Assembly (NCBI GenBank): GCA_051294905.1
Contig: CM119371.1
Location: 11,284,001-11,348,000, forward strand
Origin: Botryllus schlosseri
Lineage: Eukaryota
Direction of reading: 5' to 3'
Length of the DNA: 64,000 bases
The notes beneath the pieces are model-generated. The model had not been told where the DNA came from and searched no databases. It saw only the letters and a program-made list of their open reading frames with translations. How positions within the stretch are numbered: position 1 is the first letter of the stretch; each line of letters opens with the position of its first letter. Made by a program: the position numbers and the translations under genes. Positions 25,751-38,391 of the stretch are shown in pieces.

Positions 25751-26009
25751 TTAAAAGTTCTCGTACATGGCATTATCCTCGACAAACCCACCAGGGGATT
25801 GAACACTGTTATCGACAACACTGTAGGTCGTATCTGTCGCTGTTGGATTCCAATTGATTGTTCCAGATTCCTTTCCTGAGCAAGTCACAGTGTTTTCATC
25901 TAAACGAGGAACGCCGGATCCTTGTTTTCGAGATCCATTCCTGTCGTATATCTCGTTTTCTTTTATCTCTTCGTCAGCATGTCTTCTGCTCTCTTTATTG
26001 TGACGATTC
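25751..26009 (-). CDS. Gene B terminal exon: cytoplasmic tail (RNRHNKESRRHADEEIKENEIYDRN...TDTTYSVVDN...NAMYENF*)
   Basis: Acceptor ttgttaag|G, phase 2, in frame with TM exon 28753-28855; paralogous to gene A and C tails. Confidence 0.88.
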
Positions 26010-27053
26010 CTTAACAAAAATGTAACGCTTAATTTTCAAAAATATGCTGTGAAGAGTTGTGGTACAAATGACAATTCTATAGTGGGCGAACATGTTAACT
26101 GGCGGAAGGTGATAATTTCATGATTATCCAGCAGATGGAATGTAAAAGCGACACAATTAGGCTTTCGCCATCCACCTCAATGTCTATACACGTCCGATAT
26201 ACTTGCTAGCTGCTATCATTGATCAACGATCATGGATAACATGTATACCTATTTTGACGTGTTACTGAGCTATATGAATACTGAAAAGCGACGCTGCGTT
26301 AGAGGATGCATATTTCTTCTGCGATGGCGCAAATCCTATGATACTACGCCCCTAGTGGTGATCGGTAATAAGGTCGTCATTATTTGTCATTTGAATAATC
26401 TTCCGTTGATTACATCGATATTGCCTTATCTTTACTGTGTGATTTTATTTCCAACAGCCGGTCATATTGTATGTGGCTTAAATCGACGTTTGTTACTTTG
26501 ATTTCAATAAAGCGATAGTCCGTTACGATAACGCAATAGTCAGTATACGAGTCCACGTAGTCGACTCTGTTTTTCATCAGTATGACCTCAGTATGACTTA
26601 CTGTAGTGCCACTCAATCGGGTTCCCAATTTTAATTCTTATGGGTACCGTACGGAAATGAGGGAAATATGGTTGTGGCCGTCATAAAGCAAATAGTAAAG
26701 AGGTATATCTTACTACAACTCTTTAAATTACTGTTGGAAGTGGGAAAAGCATATTGGCAGGAGCAATTTCCCTAAAAACATCACCGTATTCCACCTGCAG
26801 CTAAATAATTTCACGACGCCATCCAAACTCTCTGTAGCATTGGAAAGATCACTAAAATGAAGGTATCACTGGCTACGAGGCAGTGATATTTAGATTTGGC
26901 TGCCAAAAGTCATTACATTTTTTAGTCATCACCATCAGATTCCGGGCTAATCCGTGGTCAAACGTAGGTCGTGGGTTGATGACGTATTTAGTCACCACCT
27001 TTCAGATCTTGCATTCCGGATACTGTTAATGCTAGGGTGCTGCGAACTATTAC

Positions 27054-27319
27054 CAGAGGTGGTCAGTAACGAAGTACTTCTACTTTTTGAAGTACTTGAA
27101 GTAGATTTTGCCTACTCACACTACTTTTTAAGTAGTTATGATTTTAGACTACTTCTACTTCTACTTGACAGTTTTCAGTTTCGTAGGCAAATATAAGCGT
27201 AGAATGCCTACTTACTTACTTACTTGTGAACCACCACTCCTACTTCTACTTGAGTAGATATTCCGGCGTTACTTCTACTTCTACTTGAGTAGCGACGGTG
27301 ACTACTTTGACCACCTCTG
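27054..27319. mobile_element. hAT MITE with (CTACTT)n arrays
   Basis: TIR CAGAGGTGGTCA / TGACCACCTCTG; perfect TSD ACTATTAC. Confidence 0.92.
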
Positions 27320-28752
27320 ACTATTACCCTTTCCGGGAGTGACGCGAGGTCAGTAATGTTAATAACCACTGACTATATAGTTAATTTATTCACCCAAACC
27401 TCACATGCCCTGAGCTTGAGGGGCTTAGTAGAGGGACACTCAAGACACACACCCGACTCATACGTCAGACATCCCTGATTCGAAGTTAATACACATTATA
27501 ATAATGTTCAAATGGATTGATATTTTAATTCGTTGATGATGTCCGGCTCATTTACCGCACCAGTATTATGTATTTGATGCGTAATGTGGTAACTTTTTAT
27601 TTTGGTGACTGAGCGATAATTTCGGGTTCGCCAAATGTTTGCAGATTAGCGTAATCATTTTCCCCGTTAGTAAATGGTAGGAACTGGTGCTATAGTTACA
27701 TTTATTTGTACAATTGTGACGCATTTTGCGTTATCAAATACTGTGTTTCAGTAGCTTATATCCGAGTCATACCAAAGGATTTAATCATTTCAATAGCAGT
27801 GGAATGCACGCTTCGGCCCAATTATGCGGGCACATGATATTCAGCATGAATATTTGAATGTAATATCACACGAAAACTAGTGATTCATGAGATGCATGTA
27901 TTCATTGTGGATAATTAATTGAGGGATGTTCCAAAACATGGCCATTACATACGGACACGAACAGCTACTTATTTCATTATTGATATATGCTCTGTCTGTT
28001 CCATCACTTACGAAGTTGGCTGTACTTTTGTAGACCACAGGGCCGACGAAAAAATATGTTCATTCAGTCGGAAAAAGAATCTTACGTCAAAAACCAGTGT
28101 AAGTTCGTAGCTGATTGTTCTGGAGAGAAGCATCACATCACCAAAATGCGTACGGTACGTCACATAGGTCACCGAAATCGCACAAAATTGTTCAGTTTCA
28201 CAAAATTCCGATGTCTTTCAAAGCCCATTTCAATACTGGAATAGTTCGAAGGAATATGCAAATGAACGAATGAGATTGTGGCTCGACTTTATTGAAGAAG
28301 GGAGGTTTGTAATTACCGTAACCATAGAAATTGGGATGTCGATATATTCTTGTCGCATTATGACATCTTTCTCGCATACCGCAGGTGGTACAGATATCGC
28401 CGGGTGCGGGCTACGGTTAGTGTGTGGACTGCGAATCAACGATTGGTGGATTGCGTAATTGATTCAATCTCGTTTTTAATGTATTTTTAGGTGTTGAATA
28501 GAATTCCCTCAGCGATATTCCTTTGCGATAGCTATACATATTTTACCAGTTAAATATAAGTGAGATTTGAGCGGCGATATCTCTTCATGGTCAAAGTCTG
28601 TGAGTAAAGTCATTTGTCCTAACAGATATAATCGTATGAAGGTTGGTTAGCATAGCGTCATAGGGGCCTACTAATGGCGAGGTATGTTTCTTTGCGGAGC
28701 ATGATAATCCGCTATTTTTATTATCATAATACGATACGCAGTCGAAACTTAC

Positions 28753-28855
28753 CTTGTAAAACATATTATGAAGACCGCTAATAAAATCAGCGCTAGCAGA
28801 CTTGACATAGCCGCAATGATTACAATGTATTTGTCATCAAGCTGCGGGTCCGTAC
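28753..28855 (-). CDS. Gene B transmembrane exon (G-TDPQLDDKYIVIIAAMSSLLALILLAVFIICFTR)
   Basis: aaaag|GT acceptor, AG|gtaagt donor, 103 nt, phase 1-2. Confidence 0.9.
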
Positions 28856-28921
28856 CTTTTACTGGAATGAACAAGGGTTCAATTACCGTCAAGTACATTT
28901 TTAATTTACAAGGTACAGTAA

Positions 28922-29112
28922 NNNNNNNNNNNNNNNNNNNNNNNNNNNNNNNNNNNNNNNNNNNNNNNNNNNNNNNNNNNNNNNNNNNNNNNNNNNNNNN
29001 NNNNNNNNNNNNNNNNNNNNNNNNNNNNNNNNNNNNNNNNNNNNNNNNNNNNNNNNNNNNNNNNNNNNNNNNNNNNNNNNNNNNNNNNNNNNNNNNNNNN
29101 NNNNNNNNNNNN
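28922..29112. other. Assembly gap (191 N) in the gene B intron between mucin and TM exons
   Basis: Run of N. Confidence 1.
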
Positions 29113-29310
29113 TGCCTGCGCCATCGCAATACGGTCATCCAGTCTGCACCTCGTTTCTTTTCTCCTCCATGCTATCCGTGGATACTGAACGCCTAGCAGG
29201 ATAGCTGCTCATACCAGTTTTCGAGTGTTTAATCTGACCCGGCCGGGGTACGAACCCATGCCCTACCGATTAAATATCCGGACACATCATCATATTAGGC
29301 TAGCTCGCTA
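29113..29310 (-). mobile_element. tRNA-derived SINE head, family 3, running into the gap
   Basis: Minus strand: degenerate A box TAGCCTAATATG, B box GGGTTCGTACCCC, then GGTCAGATTAAACACTCGAAAACTGGTA. Confidence 0.55.
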
Positions 29311-29769
29311 TAATGCTAGCATTTCAGGTGTTATTTCGAGGATCGTGACAATATCGTAGGGTAGGGCAAGGGGAGCATGCGATTTTAATTTCCCGAATGA
29401 CGTCACAATAGTGTATTCCGGCGTGAAAATGTGACTTCGTTGTGGTCGCAGACAGTTTATTTGGGGTATAGACATTAGGCATGGTTAACAATGCTTACGT
29501 ATTTCTAATTATTCACTATTGCCCGCTGCCATGGAGTGGTGCGCTGTTAATAGCAACAAGGCTTGATACCCCATGGTATTTCACTGTGAGCGATATCGAG
29601 TGATATCTTTCGAATGACTCCGGCCGTACTCTAATTAATAGCAATTTTATGCAGGCAGAGACGCAGACAGAAAGGCAGAAACTAATGTGTGTTTTAAATG
29701 ACAATACGACGTCATACTTTCGTGAAGCAGAACGTTGTAGGCCAGCGGCTCGGACCATCTCTACTATAT

Positions 29770-31170
29770 AGGCATGTTCATTGCTCCCAGTAACGAACAT
29801 TTTTCTAGTGACATTGTGACGAGATATCATGGTGAGAATTATGGTCTTATGTGGACCTGGTCAATCGTGTAATATTAAGCTCTATTTACCAATAGTAGTA
29901 CTCCCAATAATGTGCGTATAAACTGTAGATTCCCATTCACTAGTCGTGTTTATTATGCCTTGTGCTGTCGTAGGAGTTGCTGTCGTAGTCGTAGTGGTAG
30001 GTAGTGCAGTAGTAGTAGTAGTAGTTGTTGTAGTAGTAGGAGGAGGAGGATCGTTGTTACCTGCCATAAATAAGGTAAGTGTAATGTCGTCAAAAATGTT
30101 TGCGAGGATAGTATATTGTTTACATGGATTTCCGCATCCGTCAATATTGGAACGGGGAGAAATTTATTCACAATCCTTTCAAACTGAACTCTCTCGTCCT
30201 CGCTTGTATTAAATCGAGTCACTGCTATTTTATAACGAGTGTTAGTAACTGAAATAAAATACATTGGTACCTATAGATGTCGAGGACATGGAATGCACTG
30301 CACATGTATTAGTTCATTTTATGTGATTGCATATAAAGTTAGACGCGGGTTCGACTATCTATATGAGTAAACATGAAGATATAGCGGTGTCAAATAAACC
30401 TAAGATACCCGACGATATAATTCGAGGTACCAAGAACTTCATTCCAATGACACGATATCAAAAAGCATATGCACCGATTTTGAATCAGTGATTCGTGTTG
30501 CTCATCCCTGCATGAATTCAATGACGTGTGGTCAGGATAACCAAAGGAACGTTATGGAGACCTTCAATGATTATATTGACAATGCCGATTTGTATTTTCT
30601 ATCGATGTTTTTGAATAACTAAATGTTCAATGTTATTACACCCGAAATTGCGGAATTTGCATGTACAAGTTCAAAAATATACAAAGACCGCGTGGAGACA
30701 CAGATTAATCTGCCTCACTGGTTGTTGGCTAAGTATGTGACTATCGCAGCGCAGGCGACACAAGACAGGGCTAAGGAATTCGTGAACCGATGGTTTAGAA
30801 TGAATCGTTAGCTGCCAATTTCAACATGCAATGCAGAGCAAGTATTTTCAATCACTAGCTACCTTCAGTTGTGGATACGCATAGTAGCTTTCATATAGTC
30901 TGCGTTTGATGAATGCTAATGCGATAAGAAACAGGCCACCAAGTGAATCAACTACGATTAATGGTTCATAAACTGACTTTAATTGGGTCAGTGTCTCGCC
31001 ACTCATGAACTTCGCCGCATGTCACTTCGTGACACATTCCATTTTGCGATTGTTCATCGTTTCTTTGGCCACATGCATTCAATGAAATACGATGCACAAG
31101 AATGCGACACAAACCACAGAGACCTGCCTAACGATGGCATATTTTCGTATGAATACAATATGGCGATGCG
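29770..31170. repeat. Segmental paralogy B/C: mucin exon and flanking introns, homologous to ~48350-49960
   Basis: Collinear blocks alignable by eye, e.g. AGTTAGACGCGGG, CTGCCTCACTG, GATAAGAAACAGGCC, CGCATGTCACTTCGTGA, AGAGACCTGCCTAA. Confidence 0.85.
29890..30060 (-). CDS. Gene B mucin-like exon (G-NNDPPPPTTTTTTTTTTALPTTTTTTATPTTAQGIINTTSEWESTVYTHIIGSTTI-G)
   Basis: tttatggcag|GT acceptor, G|gtaaat donor, 171 nt, phase 1-1; N-T-T sequon. Confidence 0.88.
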
Positions 31171-31275
31171 ACATAATTAACGGTAGATTGACGGTAAATC
31201 TCCTAATCCCTGGGTAAGCATTGACAGAAATGGTCTGATAAAATGGAAAAGTTGTTCTAGGTAAATACAATATAG

Positions 31276-32294
31276 CAGGGGTGGGCAAACTACGGCCCGC
31301 GGGCCGCATGCGGCCCGTAACACCGTTCTGTGCGGCCCGCGAGAGTCTAAATTTTTTTTAAATATTGATAAAATGCGTACTAAAAATCTAATCAATGCAG
31401 TGACTTGATTAACTTTTCTTAGTATATTTCACCATGATAATTCTAAGACAGTGGTTCTGAAAGGGGGCGCGAAGCTGAGCTCAACAGAAAAATTCTTTAG
31501 AGCCTCGCGCGATTTACATCCAATTCATAAGAGTTATTGCTCTGTATTTAGTCTGAATTACATGTTGAAAAACCTCTCATCCACAGTCGTAACCTTCCAT
31601 GCCAACAAACTACCCGTTAGGTTTGCATAGCATCCTGGTTGCGTTTTGTGATATGACAATAAGGGGGTGCGAAATCTTTCACCATCACAAGGGGGGGGGG
31701 GAGTGTCTTAAAAAGTTTGAGAACCACTGATCTGAGTTAAATACTTAATATCACAGCGGGATAGCTGCAATAACATTGACATAATTTGGATCACCAGTGG
31801 GATTTCAGATTGGCCACTACATTTTTAATTATTTCAGTGATGTGCTTATAAAAAACGATTCGAGCGTGTCTTAGGTAGATTCTTTGTCTGTATGTATAGA
31901 ATGGGGGTATATATATTTTATCTAAACATAGTATAAGCTGACATGGTCATGATGCTGTCATCATTGTGTGTCCCGGAACTGAACCAAAAGTGGAATTAGT
32001 AAATCTATGAACAGATCGCTTCTCACAGATTTAAATTTCAATCCTGTTCTAAGAATCGGGCAAATTGGATATTGAGGACCGCCAGCCTATGAAATCTCGC
32101 CACTATATATGTTTCTGACGCATGCACGATATCGTCAAGCAATGTTTGGCTTGACACATATCTCCATGTTCTCACTATATAATCAAATATCAATATTGCG
32201 TTTTGGTTTATAATCCCAATTTTATTTAGTGCGGCCCGAGAATGGATTCGGATGTTGAATGCAGCCCGCGAGCTCAAAAGTTTGCCCACCCCTG
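31276..32294. mobile_element. Non-autonomous hAT, inverted copy of 11821-12701, with nested MITE at 31449-31729
   Basis: CAGGGGTGGGCAA / TTGCCCACCCCTG TIRs; TSD CAATATAG/CATTATAG (7/8). Confidence 0.9.
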
Positions 32295-32674
32295 CATTAT
32301 AGTCATTGAAGCGAGTTCCGTCAGCAAAATCCGTATCTGAAAGCAGAGTCAAAACAAAGACGATATAGGTGCGAAAATTATAATACCATAAATATTTGTT
32401 GCATGGTCAGTCCCGGAATTGCTCATCACATCACACATCACATCTTATGCTGTGCTCCAAATACAGAGCCGCTTATTAAACGATATAACACCATAATTTC
32501 TACGAATTGAATCGCAATATCGTCGGAGCAATATCCCTTCTGTGCCCCATTGATAGCAGGTGGTTTCAAAAAATAAACACATTTTGAGTCATACCTCAAA
32601 CATTCCGGATGTATACAATTTTACAATTTGCTGAATATGAAGATTAAGACGGATTGCTCGGATGTATCATTACA

Positions 32675-33115
32675 TAGGCTTACCATACGTCCTCTTCTAA
32701 GAGGATTTGTCCTCATTTTTGACTTTTTTGAAACTGTCCTCGGAGGACGCCCTTTTGTCCTCTTTTTTGAGATTTTGTCCTCTTTTTTGAAAATTTTGGT
32801 CAGATTTAGATCAAATTGCGAGCGATATGCGGCAAATTAGCTGAGAAGTGACGCTCCGGCGGGTATTTCGGAGGGAAAAGCGGTGATTTTAGCTCTGAGC
32901 GAAAAGAAGACCTTTTTTTTAGTCATCCACTTGGCAATGTGGAGTGATAAACGTTATTTTGAGCTGTGAGCGAAAGTGACAATCTTTTTTTTTTAGTCAA
33001 CCGATCACGGAGTGGGAAAAATTTACCGGTTTTTGAGAATTCTTCTCCAGTTTTGCATGTCTGAAATTTCTGAAAAAGTGTCATCTTTTTACATTTCCAA
33101 AATATGGTATGCCTA
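32675..33115. mobile_element. hAT MITE (TAGGCTTACC family) with an internal duplication
   Basis: Perfect TSD TCATTACA; the GATTTTAGCTCTGAGCGAAA..TTTTTTAGTCA segment occurs twice. Confidence 0.9.
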
Positions 33116-33765
33116 TCATTACAGCACAGCGGCACAAAATACCAATACTTACCGGAACTGCTGCGGAACATTTTTGCTGAAGGTGTTAACGCGATCAGGC
33201 AACTAAATCTTTACAATTCTTTTTCTAGACTGCCATCGAACATTTAGTTGGTGACAAGTTGCGTATTGTATATCATTCGTATATCGTTCTGGTGAATAAA
33301 AAAACATCGTTTCAGTTAAAAAGCCACCAGTTACATCGGAATTTCCGATATATTATGGTAATAGACTGACATACATTATGAAAATAGATTTTTCGGTTAA
33401 TGTTCTTATATACTATATGCGACTATTTTCATCAGACTCCTTCCGCTATTCGGAAAATGAGCAAATCTCTTCATATACTGTTCAATAACATTGCCAGTCA
33501 ACGCATCCTGCGTATTGCGTATATCCTTTGTAAGTCACTGGTTCCCAAACTTATTCGTCTCGTTGACACCTTCGCCCGATATTTGAGTCGAACTTCCTAA
33601 TATGGAGCAACTCCGGGACTATAAAGCAACTGTTGACTAAAAAATAGGGGGCACCGCTTGAGGCAAAAAACAGGAGCGAATACGCTGTCTCGAGAAATTA
33701 CAACAAATTGAGATGGTTCAGTACATTACCCATCTACACACCCACTAGAATATAATCGTATAAAC

Positions 33766-35051
33766 CAGGGGTTCTCAACCTGGGGGGCGCGAGAAATTGA
33801 CGAAGTCAGTATAGGGGGGGGGGCGCGAGAAATTGACAAAGTCAGTATAAATTGTACGTGTCTAAACATGTGTTTAACATCCATTATGAGAAGACGATTA
33901 ATGAAGATGAAATTTATTCCATATTCAAGAAAGCTTGCTACTCTAGCAACCACGCTCAACGGAGTATCGTCTGATTTCAACTTCATTTGAGCAAATTTTT
34001 GAAATTCTTTATAGATATAGAGAGCAATTCCCACGTGTAAGTCATTCATTGCTTCATAGCTTTGACAGTAGCCTAAAGCTTGTCGCGCTGGGCAGCTGTT
34101 GTTAGTAGCTTGCGAACTGCACTGCAAGACAGACTTAGATGCAACATAGGTTGCCCTGTTTCGCCCTCAATTAGGCTATAAATCAACACAATTTAATTAA
34201 TTTCCAAAACTGATCAAATTTAGCCTGGCAGGACAGAACGACGCCTTGCTCTCTGTACTCACTACCAGCATAAGGATTAGTCTCAGGGTGACCTACCTTG
34301 AAATTAATTAATGGATGTCTTGTTCAATGTTTTATTGTTATTTTCAAACAAGTTTGGAGAAATTTGTCAGCAATGTAAAAGACTCAACAACTGGAATGCA
34401 GATTCAAAATTGGTGTAAGATATACCTTATGTATACTATTAGATCAGGGGTGGGCAGCCTCCGGTCGTAGAAGGGAATTTGAGCGGCCGTCGACGCCTAA
34501 TTCAATTAGTATGTGTGGGCGGCCGTAGACATGGGAATTGCAATTACGAATTCACTTCCGCATTTTCGAGAGATTTTAATTATCGAATGTGACGATATTT
34601 TAATTAATCTTGAAATTTTCTTCGCCCTCCGCGCAATTCAACAAGAACTCATTTTTCGATTTTAATGCAGCGCCCTTCTTAATCTGAGCCGCTCCGCGCG
34701 ACAATATGCACCTCCCGGCAACTATTCATAACATTGGCACTCGCTACTTCGGTGCGCACAATAGGCCATTGTGAAAAGTAGAATAGTCCGGAGTTCACCG
34801 GGAATGGATATGGACAGTTTACCATAGGAATTTTGCGTCCAGATCGCTCATTGTGGCTATGCCCTGGAATGCGGCCTTACGCTACATAAGCAATCGAAAT
34901 GCGGCCATGATTATCAAAAACGTTGCCCACCTCTGTATCAGATAATGTGCTCTTTTTGACATGACGGTAAATGCAAGGGGGGTCAGGGGGGCGCGATTTT
35001 TTTGACCATGTCCAAGGGGGGCGCGTGTCAAAAAAAGGTTGAGAACCACTG
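33766..35051. mobile_element. Non-autonomous hAT (CAGGGGTTCTCAACC TIR)
   Basis: Perfect TSD GTATAAAC; empty site in gene C paralogous region at ~51090-51105. Confidence 0.9.
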
Positions 35052-36330
35052 GTATAAACTATATACTTTCGATTCAAATAATATAAGAGGGTTGGTAGTG
35101 AGTCGTCTAAGAAACAGAGACGCATTGCTGTTAGAACAATCTACTGCACATTAACGCAATCTGTGATCATCTCGTTCGTGGTCAATTTACATGTGATGTG
35201 ATCAATGAAACGTACGATCCGCGTATGAATGGTTTCTCTCACAACTCACACCTGCGAGTCGTTAACAATCCAACCATAAAAAGGATACAGTGATTTAATC
35301 GGCACCGTTTTTTTGATGATTTCAAAAGCGCCGAGTCAAATCAAGTCAAGTCATAGCTCGTGTCATCCCCAAACTGTTTGACATACTGCTGCCTGAATAT
35401 TACACGTATGAATAGGAGATGGCACATCACTTTCCGGTGTGGCGACATTGCGCTAAACACGGCATATCAAATCACTAGGTTTGCTTGCGACGATTTTAAG
35501 TTGATTCGTTCAAGGCAGGTTTTTCATAATGGGAAAGAGGTGAACACTTTTACTGTTAGGTCCAAGTTGTGATGGATTCGGCATGACTTTTTACCGCTGA
35601 GGATCGATTTGCATGATCGGTGTCATGAACTGCATAACATCGTCACACTTTTAGGTTAGCACACCTGAGCTATATTTCTAAACTTCAGATAGATTTGTAT
35701 GATAACGGAAGATTTCTAATCGCATTTAAAGACACTTCTAGCTAGAAATCGACCTTAAGTAATACTTATTAAAAGGAATAATCACGATTCAGCGTAAAAA
35801 TTGCAAAATTCCCTCAAATGGAAAATTCCACCCCGTTGAGAACAACTTCCATAAGCAAAGAACAATGTCATACATGAAATTAGTCTATGATCGTCTACGA
35901 CAGCTCGTCTAAGCTTCACTTCTGAACGGCCAGTCACCTGCTCTTGCAGGAAAGAATAATGTCAGCTTTTAGGTAGTCAACTTTCACGTAGCCTACGCCA
36001 TTTTTACTGAGTCACTACCGAAAATGCTAGGAGTTGGAACATTCTATTGGCGTAGTGTAGCACTTCCGATTAAAACTGACATCAACTATTACTAAGTGAC
36101 GCTGATCCATGTAAAATTCTCTTTACCTCGTAGTAGTTCGCTCGATGACGAAATTGCATTGGACAAGGAAGTAACCAATCATAAATGAGTGAATGGCATC
36201 ACTTATATGCATACACGACGTCATATATCATATTCCATGTAAAAGAGTGCAATTTCTTTGTATAAATGCATAGATAACACATATCAAATACATTTCTGAC
36301 ATTGCGATATATGTTTTACTTTACGATACA
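35052..36330. repeat. Segmental paralogy B/C: intron-1 block homologous to ~51100-53230
   Basis: Shared runs such as GAGTCGTCTAAGAAACAGAGA, TTTGCTTGCGACGATTT, ATGCTAGGAGTTG, GCACTTCCGATTAAAACTGACATCAAC. Confidence 0.85.
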
Positions 36331-37063
36331 ATATGTATTCGATATGATACAATACGGATTGTTAATGAGATTACATCTCTTCAGAAATGCCTCGTTTATG
36401 GCAGTAGTGCTACTAGAGATGTACAGGATCTAGAATCTAGATTTTGTACTCCAACCGGACAGTAATAGCAAGTTTTTCTAAAGTCTGATCGGATCCGGAT
36501 TAACATTTCTTTCCGACTGCCAGATCCGAATAAGGACGGTAATAAATATATCTAGTATGAAAGTGACTTTGTGTTCAATCGATCACTTAATTAAAACTAC
36601 TGCCTACCAGCATTTTCAGTTTCCCATTTCTATTCCCCATTTTGCATTTTCATGACTAAAACTTTTCATTGTTTGATTGTATATGATAATCCTATTTCTG
36701 GTGAATATCATGGTATTATATTTACAGTAACAGTGGTTCTCCATTTACAAAATGATAGATAACCGGTATTTTTATTTTATTTTCAAAATAGACAAATTAA
36801 TAGGCCTACTGATACCAACAGATTGCTGTTGAAAGGTGTTTTGTTGGGGTTTGCGGAACAAATTAAAAAAGTAGGGATAGTAAGGTCAATCCACGTGCTT
36901 CAAAGGTTTGCAAAATTTATTTTCTTCTTATTTACATAACCACTATTCCATAAAAACTTCGATATGATTGCTAGATAGAAATAACTAGGGTGAACGTCAT
37001 ATGTTCAATATTAAATCTGTGTCTCAATTTTGTTGGCGTATATGTTGCGATCATACCCAAAGG

Positions 37064-38391
37064 TAGAGGCAAAGTGCGGCCCGCGGGCTAAATGCGGCTC
37101 GCAAAGCTATTCTGTGCAGTCCGCAAAAGGTTGCTTGGATTTCAAAGCATAAAACTTGCTTTTTGAACGACTAAAACCATAGGCTGTATCAAATGAACTG
37201 GAAATTCGTTTACTTTGAAGCCTGTTCATTAATATGTCACGATTCCGCTGCCTACTATTACCTCGCATGTGTAATTCATATTCAACATAAATGCAATGTG
37301 GCAAACTGTGAGTAGCTATTAAAGTCACAAGAAATCACTCTTTCCATATAGTTTAGTTCAAACATTCTTCGTTGCCATCGTCACTGCGACAATGCCGCAT
37401 AACACATTATACACCATGTGTCTCATGTTGTTACGTGATACGTTTCCAAATCCCTAACTCGTAAAGCAAGTCAATCAGTGCGCGCGATTACTATATGACT
37501 TATTATATCTATCACTCATAAAGGATAAACGGGCATGCCAAAAAAAGCCGAAAACTGAAATCCAAAGAAGGCTATAAGGTTTAGACTAGAGCACTAAATA
37601 TTTGCATACGGGATTCTGGGGTAAACCCGTCCTTTTAGTTTTGCCTAGCATGTCGCCGAGATTAGGATATTAATCAAAGTCGGTCTTATGACAAAAACAC
37701 AAAACACTCGGTCAAGAGTGGGCGAAGTTCAGAAAAACTGCAAGCGTCGCTCCACATAAAGGCTATTTAGGCTGCACACTGCTCGGGAGGTAACGATCAA
37801 GAAAACAAGATTTGTACTATTGCATATACGATTCAGTGCAATGGTTCTCGAACGGGGGGGGGGGGCGTTAAAGCATCAGATAGGTGGCGCGAAGCCGACG
37901 TTTATTGAAAACTTTTTCCCGCCCCGCGCGATTTAGCCCCAGCATGTCGTTTTTGCTCTGTGCATTGTCCGACTTTGATATTTCAAAATTCTCTCGAACT
38001 ATCCGTTAGGATTGCTAGCATTCTGGTTGCACATTTTATTATTTTGTAATAACATGATAGGAGGCGCGCTAAATTTTTTAATACAATTAAGGAAAGCGTG
38101 CCTAAAAATGCTTGAGAATCACTGTTTTAGGGTCTTAATAGAAGAACGTGGATAGGGGTTTAAAAAGAGTTAAAATGTATCATGTTTAACATTTTTGTAA
38201 TAATGACGGCAAATAGATATTTGTTTATTTAACCTTCAATTGCCCATTACCTTATATCAACACATTTACTGAGCAGCATTTACCAACAATGTAATCTAGA
38301 AATAAAATTAGATTGCACTGGAGAATATAACCCGTCAATTTATTTTCCACTTCTCCTTTGGCGCGCGAATGAAAATAATTGCCCACCCCTG
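37064..38391. mobile_element. Degenerate hAT element with nested MITE (~37840-38125)
   Basis: Right TIR TTGCCCACCCCTG, eroded left TIR followed by GCGGCCCGCGGGC; direct repeat CCCAAAGG on both flanks. Confidence 0.6.

Noticed and set aside
30978-31123. Cys-rich candidate exon in gene B (GLCGLCRIL...CHEVTCGEVHEW)
   Set aside because: The same frame has five stops in the gene C paralogue, the donor phase does not fit and no known domain spacing is matched; worth rechecking only with RNA-seq
33153-33176. Possible 24-nt phase 1-1 micro-exon in gene B (ccttcag|...|gtaagt)
   Set aside because: Good splice sites but no homologue seen in A or C; such sites arise by chance in an 11-kb intron
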